Origin: an uncultured Fibrobacterota bacterium
GTDB taxonomy: Bacteria; Fibrobacterota; Chitinivibrionia; Chitinivibrionales; FEN-1185
DNA length: 64,000 nt
NCBI GenBank assembly: GCA_963753345.1
Contig: CAVWBU010000024.1
Coordinates: 1 to 64,000 of the forward strand
Direction: 5' to 3'
Shown: one piece after another, positions 9,528 to 18,390 of the stretch
Numbering within the stretch: the first letter of the stretch is position 1
Layout: the number at the start of each line of letters is the position of its first letter
Notes under the pieces: model-generated
Databases searched by the model: none
What the model saw: the letters and a program-made list of their open reading frames with translations, nothing else
Told to the model about the DNA's origin: nothing
Position numbers and translations under genes: made by a program

Positions 9528-10745
9528 GTGATTAACCAAATGGCAGAAAATAGGAAGCAACATTATGTCCCGCAATTTTATCTGAGGTATTGGAGCAATA
9601 ATGGCAAAAGCATTTCAGGCTATATGATTGAACAATTGCGTCATGTTGCATCAATGGCAATTGATGGACAATGTCAAGAGGAATACTTTTATGGTAAGGA
9701 TTTGATAATTGAAAAATCCTTTTCAAAGCTGGAAGGTATTCATGACTTGATATGTAAGCGGATACATGTAGCTCAAACTCTTCCAAACCGTAACACGATA
9801 GACGGCCAACGATTTGAACATATGATTGCTCTTCAATATTCAAGAACTCGCCAAATGGCAGATACTTACTCTGACCTTTCGCAAGAATTTTTCGATAAGA
9901 TTGGCAAGAAGATGCTCGATAGCCATATGAGGCAAAATGATTTATATAGGAAAAACAATATAGACCCATCGACTTTGAATAATCTTCAACTTTCTTTGGA
10001 AAATCCAATAAATAATGCCCTCAAATCTGGTTCAACAGGACATTATTATTTATGGGATTTAAATCGAACTTTGTTAATCAATAAAACCACAAGAGAATTT
10101 ATTACAAGTGATTCGCCTGTAATTTGTTTTAATTCCCTCCCTAATCGTTCTAATTTAACAGGCCTTGCCTGTAGAGGTCTCCAGGTTATTCTACCAATAA
10201 GTCCAACTCTTTGCCTTTTTATGTATGATGGGTTTTGCTATAATGCTCCACTCGCCACTTTTGAGATTACGAAAGAATCAGATGTTAGAGAATTGAATGA
10301 CATGCAGTTGATTTTTGCAGAAAATACAATTTACTATAAGGGAAGTGACCCTAATGAAATTTCACACCGGCATACTGAATTGGCTGCCGAGATTGCTATA
10401 CCAAAGATTGTGTCGGAAGAAATTCCTAATTCGAACAATAAAAATGTACTGATACGGATTGGTAACAACCAAAACAGGCATAATCCTATCTTGTCATTTT
10501 GCAATATTATTCCACCCAACAGTTCGAATCAAGCAGAATATTGTCAAGCAGTTAGGGATCGGTTTTACGTTGGAATATTGAAGGAATTTGAGAAAAAGGT
10601 TTTCAATGGCAAAATTAAAGCATCAAGATTCCCATCATATCTTAAACGAAGGATATTATGGATTTCTATCGAACAAATGTTGAAGCGATGCTACATGTGG
10701 ATAATATTTTTTTTAAAAAGATCAAAGAATGATGATGCTGAATAA
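9528..10745 (+). CDS. DUF4238-family protein
   Basis: RKQHYVPQFYLRYWS N-terminal motif; FITSDSPV; ILPISPTLCL. Confidence 0.8.
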   Translation: MINQMAENRKQHYVPQFYLRYWSNNGKSISGYMIEQLRHVASMAIDGQCQEEYFYGKDLIIEKSFSKLEGIHDLICKRIHVAQTLPNRNTIDGQRFEHMIALQYSRTRQMADTYSDLSQEFFDKIGKKMLDSHMRQNDLYRKNNIDPSTLNNLQLSLENPINNALKSGSTGHYYLWDLNRTLLINKTTREFITSDSPVICFNSLPNRSNLTGLACRGLQVILPISPTLCLFMYDGFCYNAPLATFEITKESDVRELNDMQLIFAENTIYYKGSDPNEISHRHTELAAEIAIPKIVSEEIPNSNNKNVLIRIGNNQNRHNPILSFCNIIPPNSSNQAEYCQAVRDRFYVGILKEFEKKVFNGKIKASRFPSYLKRRILWISIEQMLKRCYMWIIFFLKRSKNDDAE

Positions 10746-10853
10746 TTTCTTGAAGAAGCATGAGCGCATAAATGCGCTCAAGAAAATGCGTGCCACGAAG
10801 AAAGAAGATCGGCAGCGAAAAAGAACACTAATGTAGGCATTGTGCCAACAGAC

Positions 10854-10973
10854 AGCCAACAGCGCAAGGAATGCCATGTCCGGTTTGATGCCTCCGTCGG
10901 TGTCCACTCGCAAAGCCTCGGGCACCGTCATGTCGGCAATCCGGCCACGGCATCCGTTGCGCACACGTTGGCC
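10854..10973 (+). repeat. attC-like recombination site
   Basis: AGCCAAC...GTTGGCC ends; arms GCGCAAGGAATGCC / GGCATCCGTTGCGC pair with extrahelical bases. Confidence 0.75.
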
Positions 10974-11052
10974 AACATATTCCGCCGCAATAAAAGAAGA
11001 ATAAACACTGTGTAGAAAATCCATTTGCCACTAAATAAGGAAAGGACCAATA

Positions 11053-11766
11053 ATGATTCCCACAACATGCATAGTCTTCGGAGGAAGTTCGGGAATTGGT
11101 GAATCAACCGCAAAAAAGCTTGCAACTAATGGTTTACGCATAATTATTGCAGGTCGTGACCAAGGACGCTTGGAGAAAGCACGTGACCGCATTGGCGTAA
11201 AGGTGGAAATCGCAAGTGTGGATGCTACGGATCGTTCTGCGGTGGATAAATTCTTTGAGCAGGTTGGCGGTTTTGAGCATCTAGTTCTCTCATTAAGCGG
11301 CGGCAAGGGCGCAGGTCCATTTAGAACCCTTAATTTAAACGACATTCGCAGCGGAATGGAAGGGAAGTTTTTTGCTCAGATTTCGGTGGCACAAAGTGCC
11401 CTCAATAATTTGAAATTCGGCGGATCTATTACTTTCGTCTCAGCTGGAAGCGCACGCGTGGCCTTACCTGGCACAAGTGGGCTTGCTGCAATCAATGGGG
11501 CTATCGAAACAATCATACCTACTTTGGCAAAAGAATTAGCGCCAATAAGGGTGAATGCTGTTTCGCCTGGAGTTATAGACACACCGTGGTGGGATAAAAT
11601 GCCAAAAGAAGCAAAAGACTCAATATTCGAACAAACATCGAAAAGTCTACCAGTCCGCAGAGTGGGGCATCCGGAAGATGTTTCACAAGCGATTTCTTTT
11701 CTTATCGAGAATACATTCATTACAGGAACTATCATAGAAGTAGATGGCGGCGCGCATTTAAGTTAG
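11053..11766 (+). CDS. Short-chain dehydrogenase/reductase (cassette)
   Basis: VFGGSSGIG Rossmann motif; RVNAVSPGVIDTP; ITGTIIEVDGG. Confidence 0.9.
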   Translation: MIPTTCIVFGGSSGIGESTAKKLATNGLRIIIAGRDQGRLEKARDRIGVKVEIASVDATDRSAVDKFFEQVGGFEHLVLSLSGGKGAGPFRTLNLNDIRSGMEGKFFAQISVAQSALNNLKFGGSITFVSAGSARVALPGTSGLAAINGAIETIIPTLAKELAPIRVNAVSPGVIDTPWWDKMPKEAKDSIFEQTSKSLPVRRVGHPEDVSQAISFLIENTFITGTIIEVDGGAHLS

Positions 11767-11879
11767 ATCTGGTGTTTGTCGCAGAAATATTTCCATAATT
11801 CTGGAAGGGAAAATTGAGAATAAATCTTTCCTTAGGCAAAGACAACGGGAAACAGGATATTAACGCGGCGGAATACTTC

Positions 11880-11985
11880 GGCCAACAGCCCCATGCAGGG
11901 CGAAACGCTTCAAATTGCCGCTGATCTATCGGACGTTTGAGCGTATTGATAGGCGGCAACTTCTTGCATTTGTCACACGTTGGTG
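11880..11985 (+). repeat. attC-like recombination site
   Basis: GGCCAAC...GTTGGTG; inner arms AATTGCCGC / GCGGCAACTT shared with the 16076 site. Confidence 0.7.
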
Positions 11986-12125
11986 CTGCATGCTTCGGCT
12001 AGAAAAGACAATACGTGGGATTTTAGTGTTTATGAAAATCAAAATTGAAGATTTAGACGTTGATTCGGTGGCTGATTTTTCAACCTGGCCGGGTAAATTT
12101 CCCATTCGAACTCGAAAATATCTAT

Positions 12126-12181
12126 TTGACAACCTCCGTTTATTATGTATATTTCCTAAAATTAATATAGGTTTTATACAT
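12126..12181 (+). promoter_or_regulatory. Promoter with overlapping inverted-repeat operator of the AbiE operon
   Basis: TTGACA-16nt-TATATT; imperfect inverted repeat ATGTATATTTCCTA...TAGGTTTTATACAT (12145-12181). Confidence 0.55.
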
Positions 12182-12791
12182 GACCACATCCTCTAAATCT
12201 GCTGAACAACGGCTCTTTCAAGTTGCGTCTGAGCAACAGGGATATTTTACCACTTCCCAAGCAATAGAAGCCGGATTTCAGGACGCAACCCACCCCTATC
12301 ATTTGAAAAATGGTGACTGGATACGCGAGTGGCGGGGGATTTATCGGATTTCCCGATATCCTCGAACCGATGACGGTCAATATGTACTCTGGTCGCTCTG
12401 GGCACGGAACCGGAAGGGGCTTTTTCAAGGAGTGTATTCTCACCAGACTGCGCTTTCTCTTTTTGAGCTATCTGATGTAATGCCGGAAAAGCTTCATATG
12501 ACTGTACCGCCTTCCTTTAGAAGGCATAGTGAGACTCCGGGTATTCTTTTTCTTCACCGGGGAACGCTTGTATCTCAGGAAATTGAAGAAAGAGAAGGGT
12601 ACAAGGTAACAAGACCTGCCCGTGCTATTGTTGATCTCATCATTGAAGAATCCGTTTCTACTGACGTTGTGCGGCAGGCGTTCAGGGAATCGAAAAAGCT
12701 GGGCTTGATACGAGACACAGATTTTAAACATTACCGGAGCGATCCGGAAATCATTCGGAAAATCCGCGATAGCATTGGGAACGTCGTATGA
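12180..12791 (+). CDS. Type IV toxin-antitoxin AbiEi-family antitoxin
   Basis: ASEQQGYFTTSQA...WRGIYR wHTH; SHQTALSLFELSD...HMTVP...VTRPARAIVDL. Confidence 0.85.
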   Translation: MTTSSKSAEQRLFQVASEQQGYFTTSQAIEAGFQDATHPYHLKNGDWIREWRGIYRISRYPRTDDGQYVLWSLWARNRKGLFQGVYSHQTALSLFELSDVMPEKLHMTVPPSFRRHSETPGILFLHRGTLVSQEIEEREGYKVTRPARAIVDLIIEESVSTDVVRQAFRESKKLGLIRDTDFKHYRSDPEIIRKIRDSIGNVV

Positions 12792-13657
12792 AGGACAAGA
12801 AAAAATACACCACACCTGCGGCTATGCGTACCGCGCTCGAAGAACGCCTAAATCGAACCGGGCGAGGAAACAATCAGGACATCATGCGTCTTCGAAGACA
12901 AGTTGCCTTTGACAGGTTTCTTGCCAGGGTATTTACCGGCCGGGAATCGAGCCTCTTTGTACTCAAAGGCGGATATGCACTCGAGATGCGCCTGCACAAC
13001 GCTCGCACGACCAAGGATATTGACATTTGCATTAACGACCGGGAAGGGCTTATTGCCGGGAATGATGAAGGTTTACTCAAACTTATACGGCAGGCCGCGG
13101 CAATCGACCTGGGAGATTTTTTCGAATATGCCGTTGGGGAATCTATTCTTGACCTGGGGAATGCGTTATACGGCGGTTCCCGTTTCCCTGTCGAATGCCG
13201 CATGGCCGGGCGTCGTTTTGCGCATTTCAATATTGATATTGCAGCAGGAGATGTATGGCTTGGTACGCATGAGGAGCTTAGCGGGAAAGACTGGTTGGGT
13301 TTTGCGGGAATTTCCACTCCGAAAATACCGGCAATAAGTACCGAACAGCAATTTGCAGAAAAGATCCATTCATATTCGCTTGCCCGGCAATCCCCTAATT
13401 CGCGTACCAAGGATCTGGCTGACTTGGTTTTGCTCATTGAAAAATGTGCTCTCGATCCGGAGCGCCTCCGTGATGCTATTAGCAAAACATTTCGGCGCAG
13501 AAATACGCACGAGGTACCAACCGAATTGGGGAATCCTCCTGAGTCATGGCAAAAACGGTATAGGACCATGGCCGAAGAGTGTGGAATACCGGGCGATCTC
13601 AATAAAGCAATTGACATCGTTCGGCAATTTTATGCAACAACCATGGCGTCAGAATAA
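12788..13657 (+). CDS. AbiEii/AbiGii-family nucleotidyltransferase toxin
   Basis: FVLKGGYAL...ARTTKDID; FAEKIH; NSRTKDLADL; ATGA overlap with the antitoxin. Confidence 0.88.
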   Translation: MKDKKKYTTPAAMRTALEERLNRTGRGNNQDIMRLRRQVAFDRFLARVFTGRESSLFVLKGGYALEMRLHNARTTKDIDICINDREGLIAGNDEGLLKLIRQAAAIDLGDFFEYAVGESILDLGNALYGGSRFPVECRMAGRRFAHFNIDIAAGDVWLGTHEELSGKDWLGFAGISTPKIPAISTEQQFAEKIHSYSLARQSPNSRTKDLADLVLLIEKCALDPERLRDAISKTFRRRNTHEVPTELGNPPESWQKRYRTMAEECGIPGDLNKAIDIVRQFYATTMASE

Positions 13658-13699
13658 GACACACGGGGTTCCTGTTTGATTTCGGACATTTGCTCACAC

Positions 13700-13824
13700 A
13701 GGGCGCCCAGTCACGATTGCCCGACAGGCAAAGCGAAGCCATAGCCGCATGTCAATCGGCTCGTGTCTTTCAGCGTTCGCCGAAATTATAGGCGGCCACG
13801 TCTTGCGTTTGTCACACGTTGTTT
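13700..13824 (+). repeat. Degenerate attC-like site (right arm conserved)
   Basis: AAATTATAGGCGGC.ACGTCTTGCGTTTGTCACACGTTG matches right arms of the 11880, 14615 and 16076 sites; no clear AAC left end. Confidence 0.55.
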
Positions 13825-13933
13825 GCAATTTGGTCGGAACAATTGTAACTCCTTATCTTCGTAAAGATATCGATTTAAAGCACCTGTAAATATTTTTAAA
13901 GAAGAGGAAGAAAAAAAATTGTGAAGGCCTGCA

Positions 13934-14615
13934 ATGAACGAAAATAAAATTGCAATTTTTCAGGGCAAGCATATCCGTAAGGTTCTTCATAATGACTAAT
14001 GGTGGTTTTCGATCATTGATGTTATTGAGGTCTTAATCGGAGGCGGGCGACCGCGAAAGTACTGGAATGACCTGAAAAAGAAGCTTCTTTTAGAGGGTTA
14101 TGATCAGTTGTCCGAAAAAATCGGACAACTGAAAATGAAGTCTGCTGATGGGAAATACTATGCCACAGATTGCGCAAATACCGAGACACTTTTTAGAATA
14201 ATTCAATCCATTCCATCCCCTAAAGTTGAACCGCTCAAACGCTGGCTTGCGCGCGTTGGCAAAGAGCGGATAGATGAAATCGAAAATCCTGAACTTCCCA
14301 TGCAGAGGATGAAAGAAATTTATCAGAAAAAGGGCTATCCAGAGGATTGGATCGATAAGCGCATGCGTGGTATCGCTGTCCGAAAAAGCCTTACCGACGA
14401 ATGGAATAATCGCGGCGCTCAGACCGACCTTGAATATGCGATTTTAACCAATGAAATCATGAAGGGAACTTTTGAAAAAACCGTAGAAGAATACAAACGT
14501 TTCAAAAATCTTGACCGGGAAAATCTTCGGGATCACATGAACGATATTGAGCTGATTCTTACCATGCTTGGCGAGGCGACAACGACAAAATTACACCAAG
14601 ATCGAAACAGCATCG
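13934..14615 (+). pseudogene. Bro-N domain (phage antirepressor-like) pseudogene
   Basis: MNENKIAIFQGKHIRKVLHND*WWFSIIDVI: in-frame TAA at 13997-13999; IIQSIPSPKVEPLKRWLA; reading frame runs into attC-like sequence. Confidence 0.8.
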
Positions 14616-14737
14616 GGCGCAAAGCCGCCCTCGGCCTTCGGCAAATTGCCGCTTTGATGGCTCCGTCGGCGTCTTCGCTTCGCTCGCGGTGTGACGTCGG
14701 CAATCCGACTACGTCTTGCATTTGTTAAACGTTGTGG
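14615..14737 (+). repeat. attC-like site with missing left end
   Basis: GGCGCAAAGCCGCCC...AAATTGCCGC (as at ~16095), GTCGGCAATCCG (as at ~10932), ends TTGCATTTGTTAAACGTTGTGG. Confidence 0.6.
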
Positions 14738-14879
14738 TCAATAAATTGGAACGATCAAGACAAATAGCCGCCGCCGAAAACAAAAGAGAATAAAAGAAAT
14801 GAAGATTAGCATAAACAATGCTCTGAGAAGGTGCTATAATGTAGGTGTCATTAACGCACCAACCATAAGGAGCATTTTT

Positions 14880-15806
14880 ATGAAACGATCAATTTGTTTT
14901 GTGTATTCAATAGGACTGGCTTTGGCCGGAATCGCACAGGCAGCCGGCCCGGTATTTAACTCCACCGACCGTGTGCCTGTCGGCACACGGTGCCAGACAT
15001 ACCAAGTCACCACTCCTTCTACAGTTGACCCGGGCGACTCCGGGGCAAACCAGACTTGGGACTTTTCAAATCTGCAGTCCACCCCAAGCGACACCATCGA
15101 GAGAATTGACAGCTCAAACGTGCCCCAAGATATTGCCGCCGCTCTTCCGAATGCCAACCTATGGTATAAAGTGTATAACGGGACATCGGTAAGTTATAAT
15201 GCCGAACAGGAGACTAGTACCAGTATTGCTCTGATCGCCAATGGAGCGCATGATTCGGCATCTGGGATAGCATACACACAACTCTTTACCGTGCCTGAGA
15301 CCTCTTATCATTTCCCCTGGTCATATGGAGATGCCTTCACCGACTCCTTCCAGATTTCCGGATATTCTTTTATGATACCGTATACTATGGAATACGACGC
15401 ATACGGGACGCTCATCACGCCTTTCGGCACCTATACCAACGTCATCCGCACCCGGTGGAATGGCCCAAACGGAGATGTCTCCTACGGATGGGATGCAACA
15501 AATCCATCTTGGGGTATCATGAGCATTTCACGTATAGCTACGGCGGCCGGTTATTCCATAAATGTTACCATAAACAATCTGATCTCCTCTTCAATCGTTC
15601 GCCAACGCACACTCAATCCCGGCAACAGCCGAAATTCCATAACCTCAGTCACCAGAGTATTTGACATTCTAGGCAGATTGCAGGGCACGGTCTCTTCGAC
15701 CAACCCGCAACTGCCATTGTCCGTCAGACTATATAGCGGTATACTTGTCGGTGTGACAAAGAGTGGCCAGGTGGAACTGATTAATACTTTCGCAGGAGTC
15801 CGGTGA
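14880..15806 (+). CDS. Secreted hypothetical protein with C-terminal sorting-like tail (cassette)
   Basis: AGGAG RBS, signal peptide MKRSICFVYSIGLALAGIAQA; GANQTWDFSNL; YDAYGTLITPFGTYTNV; VFDILGR tail. Confidence 0.7.
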   Translation: MKRSICFVYSIGLALAGIAQAAGPVFNSTDRVPVGTRCQTYQVTTPSTVDPGDSGANQTWDFSNLQSTPSDTIERIDSSNVPQDIAAALPNANLWYKVYNGTSVSYNAEQETSTSIALIANGAHDSASGIAYTQLFTVPETSYHFPWSYGDAFTDSFQISGYSFMIPYTMEYDAYGTLITPFGTYTNVIRTRWNGPNGDVSYGWDATNPSWGIMSISRIATAAGYSINVTINNLISSSIVRQRTLNPGNSRNSITSVTRVFDILGRLQGTVSSTNPQLPLSVRLYSGILVGVTKSGQVELINTFAGVR

Positions 15807-16075
15807 TTCATTCTCTGCGACAATAGGGTATCGGTTTGATGCGCGGGAAAAGCGGGCGGGGTGAGTTCGGTTCTCCGACTGATAAACCTTTCCCCCGTTT
15901 TTATGAGGAAGCCGGCATAATCTGCGCTTAAGTCCATGACCGCCCGTGCTGGCTAAGTGTGTCGTTATAAATCAACAAAACACACCCGGCGATAAAGAAA
16001 ATGTGCGCCATGAAAGAAATAAAAGAAAGAGCGGCGGCGGAAAAGATACACTAAGGTAGCGTTCAAATCTACAGC

Positions 16076-16210
16076 CGCTAACACACGCATGCCTGGCGCA
16101 AAGCCGCCCCAAATTGCCGCAGTTTACATTGGAAAAGGCTCGTGTCCGCGCTTCGCTGGCACGGGCCTAAATTATAGGCGGCAACTTCGGCAATGCGTGG
16201 AACGTTGGTG
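16076..16210 (+). repeat. attC-like recombination site
   Basis: CGCTAAC...GTTGGTG; arms CACGCATGCC / GGCAATGCGTG and AATTGCCGC / GCGGCAACTT. Confidence 0.75.
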
Positions 16211-16411
16211 TAAATAAACTAGAAACGATTAAATTGTAACACGGCGGCGCAGGAAAAAATACAAGGAATTTCAGATTGGGATTCCTGAAAGAAGAAAGAA
16301 ATTAAACCCCTTAAATGCAAAGTCTATTTTAAGAAAAGCGTGTACGCCCACTGATTGCCCCAAGAAATGCCCGGTCATTGTGAGTTTGTGAAATTTGTGC
16401 GAAGGGAAAAT

Positions 16412-16723
16412 ATGAATTCTAAACTTCCTGCAAAAAAGTCCGACTTCCTTCTTTATACCGCCGCAGACGGTAAAATAAAGATCGAAGTTTTTGTTCAAGA
16501 CGAAACGGTATGGCTGACTCAGAAGCGTATGGCTGAGCTGTTTTCAGTCGATGTCCGTACGATAAGCGAGCACCTCCGCAATATTTTTGACAGCAATGAG
16601 TTGGAAGAGTCGGTAACTGTCCGGAAAATCCGGACAGTTCAAAATGAGGGCAAAAACATTGCGGATAAAATGCACATTACCCATTCCAATTATTCGGTCA
16701 ATTGTTACAAATCTGCGGCGTAA
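16412..16723 (+). pseudogene. Truncated RhuM-family N-terminal fragment
   Basis: FLLYTAADGKIKIEV...ETVWLTQKRMAELF...ISEHLRNIF; similarity to the next gene ends after VQNEG (~16650). Confidence 0.7.
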
Positions 16724-16732
16724 AGGTGTACA

Positions 16733-17752
16733 ATGGCAAAAATTAAGAAACTACCGGATAACCAAATTACCGTTTACCAGACTCCTGATGGCAACATAAA
16801 CATCGAAGTCCTCTATGCCCATGAGAATATCTGGCTTCCTCAGAAACGAATTGCCGAATTATTTGATGTTGACCGAACGGTTGTCACCAAGCATCTTCGT
16901 AACATATTTGCGTCCAACGAGTTACAGGAAACCTCAGTATGTGCAAATTTTGCACATACTGCCGAAGATGGCAAGGAATATCAGACAAAATACTATTCAC
17001 TCGAAGCCATCATTGCCGTAGGCTATCGTGTTAATTCCGAACGAGGTACGCAGTTCAGGCAGTGGGCCATCACCATACTTCGAGAGTACATTCAAAAAGG
17101 ATTTGCGCTCGATAGCGACCGGTTTAAATACGGTTCACGGTTCAGCGCCCGCTATTTTGATGACCTGCTCGAAGAAATCAGAGACATCCGTTCCAGTGAA
17201 CGGATGCTCTATCAGAAAATTACCGACATTTATGCGAGTGCAATAGATTATTCGCCGATTGCCGAAGCCACAAAACAGTTTTTCGCGGCGGTTCAGAACA
17301 AGCTTCACTTTGCGATAACCGGCAAGACCGCTGCAGAAATCATTTCCGAGCGAGCAAATAGTACCAAGCCGAATATGGGCTTGACTTCGTGGCGAAAGTC
17401 GCCGCATGGCAAGATTTATCCAAGTGACATCTCCATAGCGAAAAATTATCTCAACAAAGAAGAATTGGATTTTCTCAATCGCATTGTTACGATGTATCTG
17501 GACTATGCGGAATTGCAGGCTGTCCGCAACCGACCAATGTATATGAACGACTGGATTGAAAAGCTCAACGCTTTTCTAAAATTCAGCGAATATGATATTC
17601 TTACTCACAGCGGAAAAATCAGCCATGAGGTTGCCGTTGCTCTTGCACAGAAGGAATATGATAATTTCAAGAAAACACAAGACGGAAATTACATTTCCGA
17701 TTTTGACAAAGAGATAAAACGCATCACAGGTAACAAAGATGTCAATGGATAA
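16733..17752 (+). CDS. RhuM-family (virulence RhuM-like) protein
   Basis: IWLPQKRIAELF; IIAVGYRVNSERGTQFRQWA; IRDIRSSER; VQNKLHFAITGKTAAEII; IAKNYL. Confidence 0.9.
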   Translation: MAKIKKLPDNQITVYQTPDGNINIEVLYAHENIWLPQKRIAELFDVDRTVVTKHLRNIFASNELQETSVCANFAHTAEDGKEYQTKYYSLEAIIAVGYRVNSERGTQFRQWAITILREYIQKGFALDSDRFKYGSRFSARYFDDLLEEIRDIRSSERMLYQKITDIYASAIDYSPIAEATKQFFAAVQNKLHFAITGKTAAEIISERANSTKPNMGLTSWRKSPHGKIYPSDISIAKNYLNKEELDFLNRIVTMYLDYAELQAVRNRPMYMNDWIEKLNAFLKFSEYDILTHSGKISHEVAVALAQKEYDNFKKTQDGNYISDFDKEIKRITGNKDVNG

Positions 17753-17917
17753 ACGTGCTTAACATCAGGTTTTTCAAGATTTACATTTAGACTATGCGCC
17801 GTCGCTCATCCTCCGCTCCGGCGCTGAAAACCCGAGAGGGGCGCTGCAAGAAAAAGACATAAGAGAAGATACGGCGGCGAAAAGACATTAAATCAAAGTA
17901 GCATTCCAATTTACAGC

Positions 17918-18040
17918 CCACGACAGCGCTCAGCATAAAATGCCGATTCAGTAAATCCGTCTTCATGGGTTAATAGGGCTAAGCATTTACAGTAAATACC
18001 TTCCAGGTGGCACTTCATGCCGGTAGCGCGCACGTTGGTG
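17918..18040 (+). repeat. Terminal attC-like site (left core AAC altered to GAC)
   Basis: CCACGAC AGCGCT.AGCATAAAATGCC ... GGCACTTCATGCCGGTAGCGC.CACGTTGGTG; preceded by the shared cassette trailer motif. Confidence 0.6.
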
Positions 18041-18390
18041 TCAGCAATAAATTTCAGATCAATTATCCACCGTATTGTACTTCAAGACGGTTTCTTCTGT
18101 TGCTCATTGATCACCCGGTTGCGGTGCAGTCTCTACACACGGGACGTTGAGACGCAATGAGCCGGAACATGGAAGTTTGTCCCTCAATTCTCATTGCCGC
18201 CGGTCATTAATGCCGTGATCGCCGCAGCGTAATTTATTTTTCAAGCAACGCTATCTTTTCACAATTCTTGGTTCGGATAGTTCTTTGTTTTTATCGCCGC
18301 ATAGCGGCTTTCCTATGTGAAGGCGTTGCGAGCCGAATCGCGCCCACTATGAAGGACGCGAAGCGGTGCCCCCATCAAGAGTATTGAATT

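Larger units (their letters stand above)
5313..18040 (+). mobile_element. Atypical integron-like platform: integrase plus same-strand cassette array
   Basis: Integrase followed by co-oriented AT-rich genes separated by recurrent AAC...GTT imperfect hairpins; island interrupts rny-ymdB. Confidence 0.75.

Noticed and set aside
10854-18040. Repeats as a CRISPR array
   Set aside because: They are long, imperfect and separated by whole genes; no cas genes are present.
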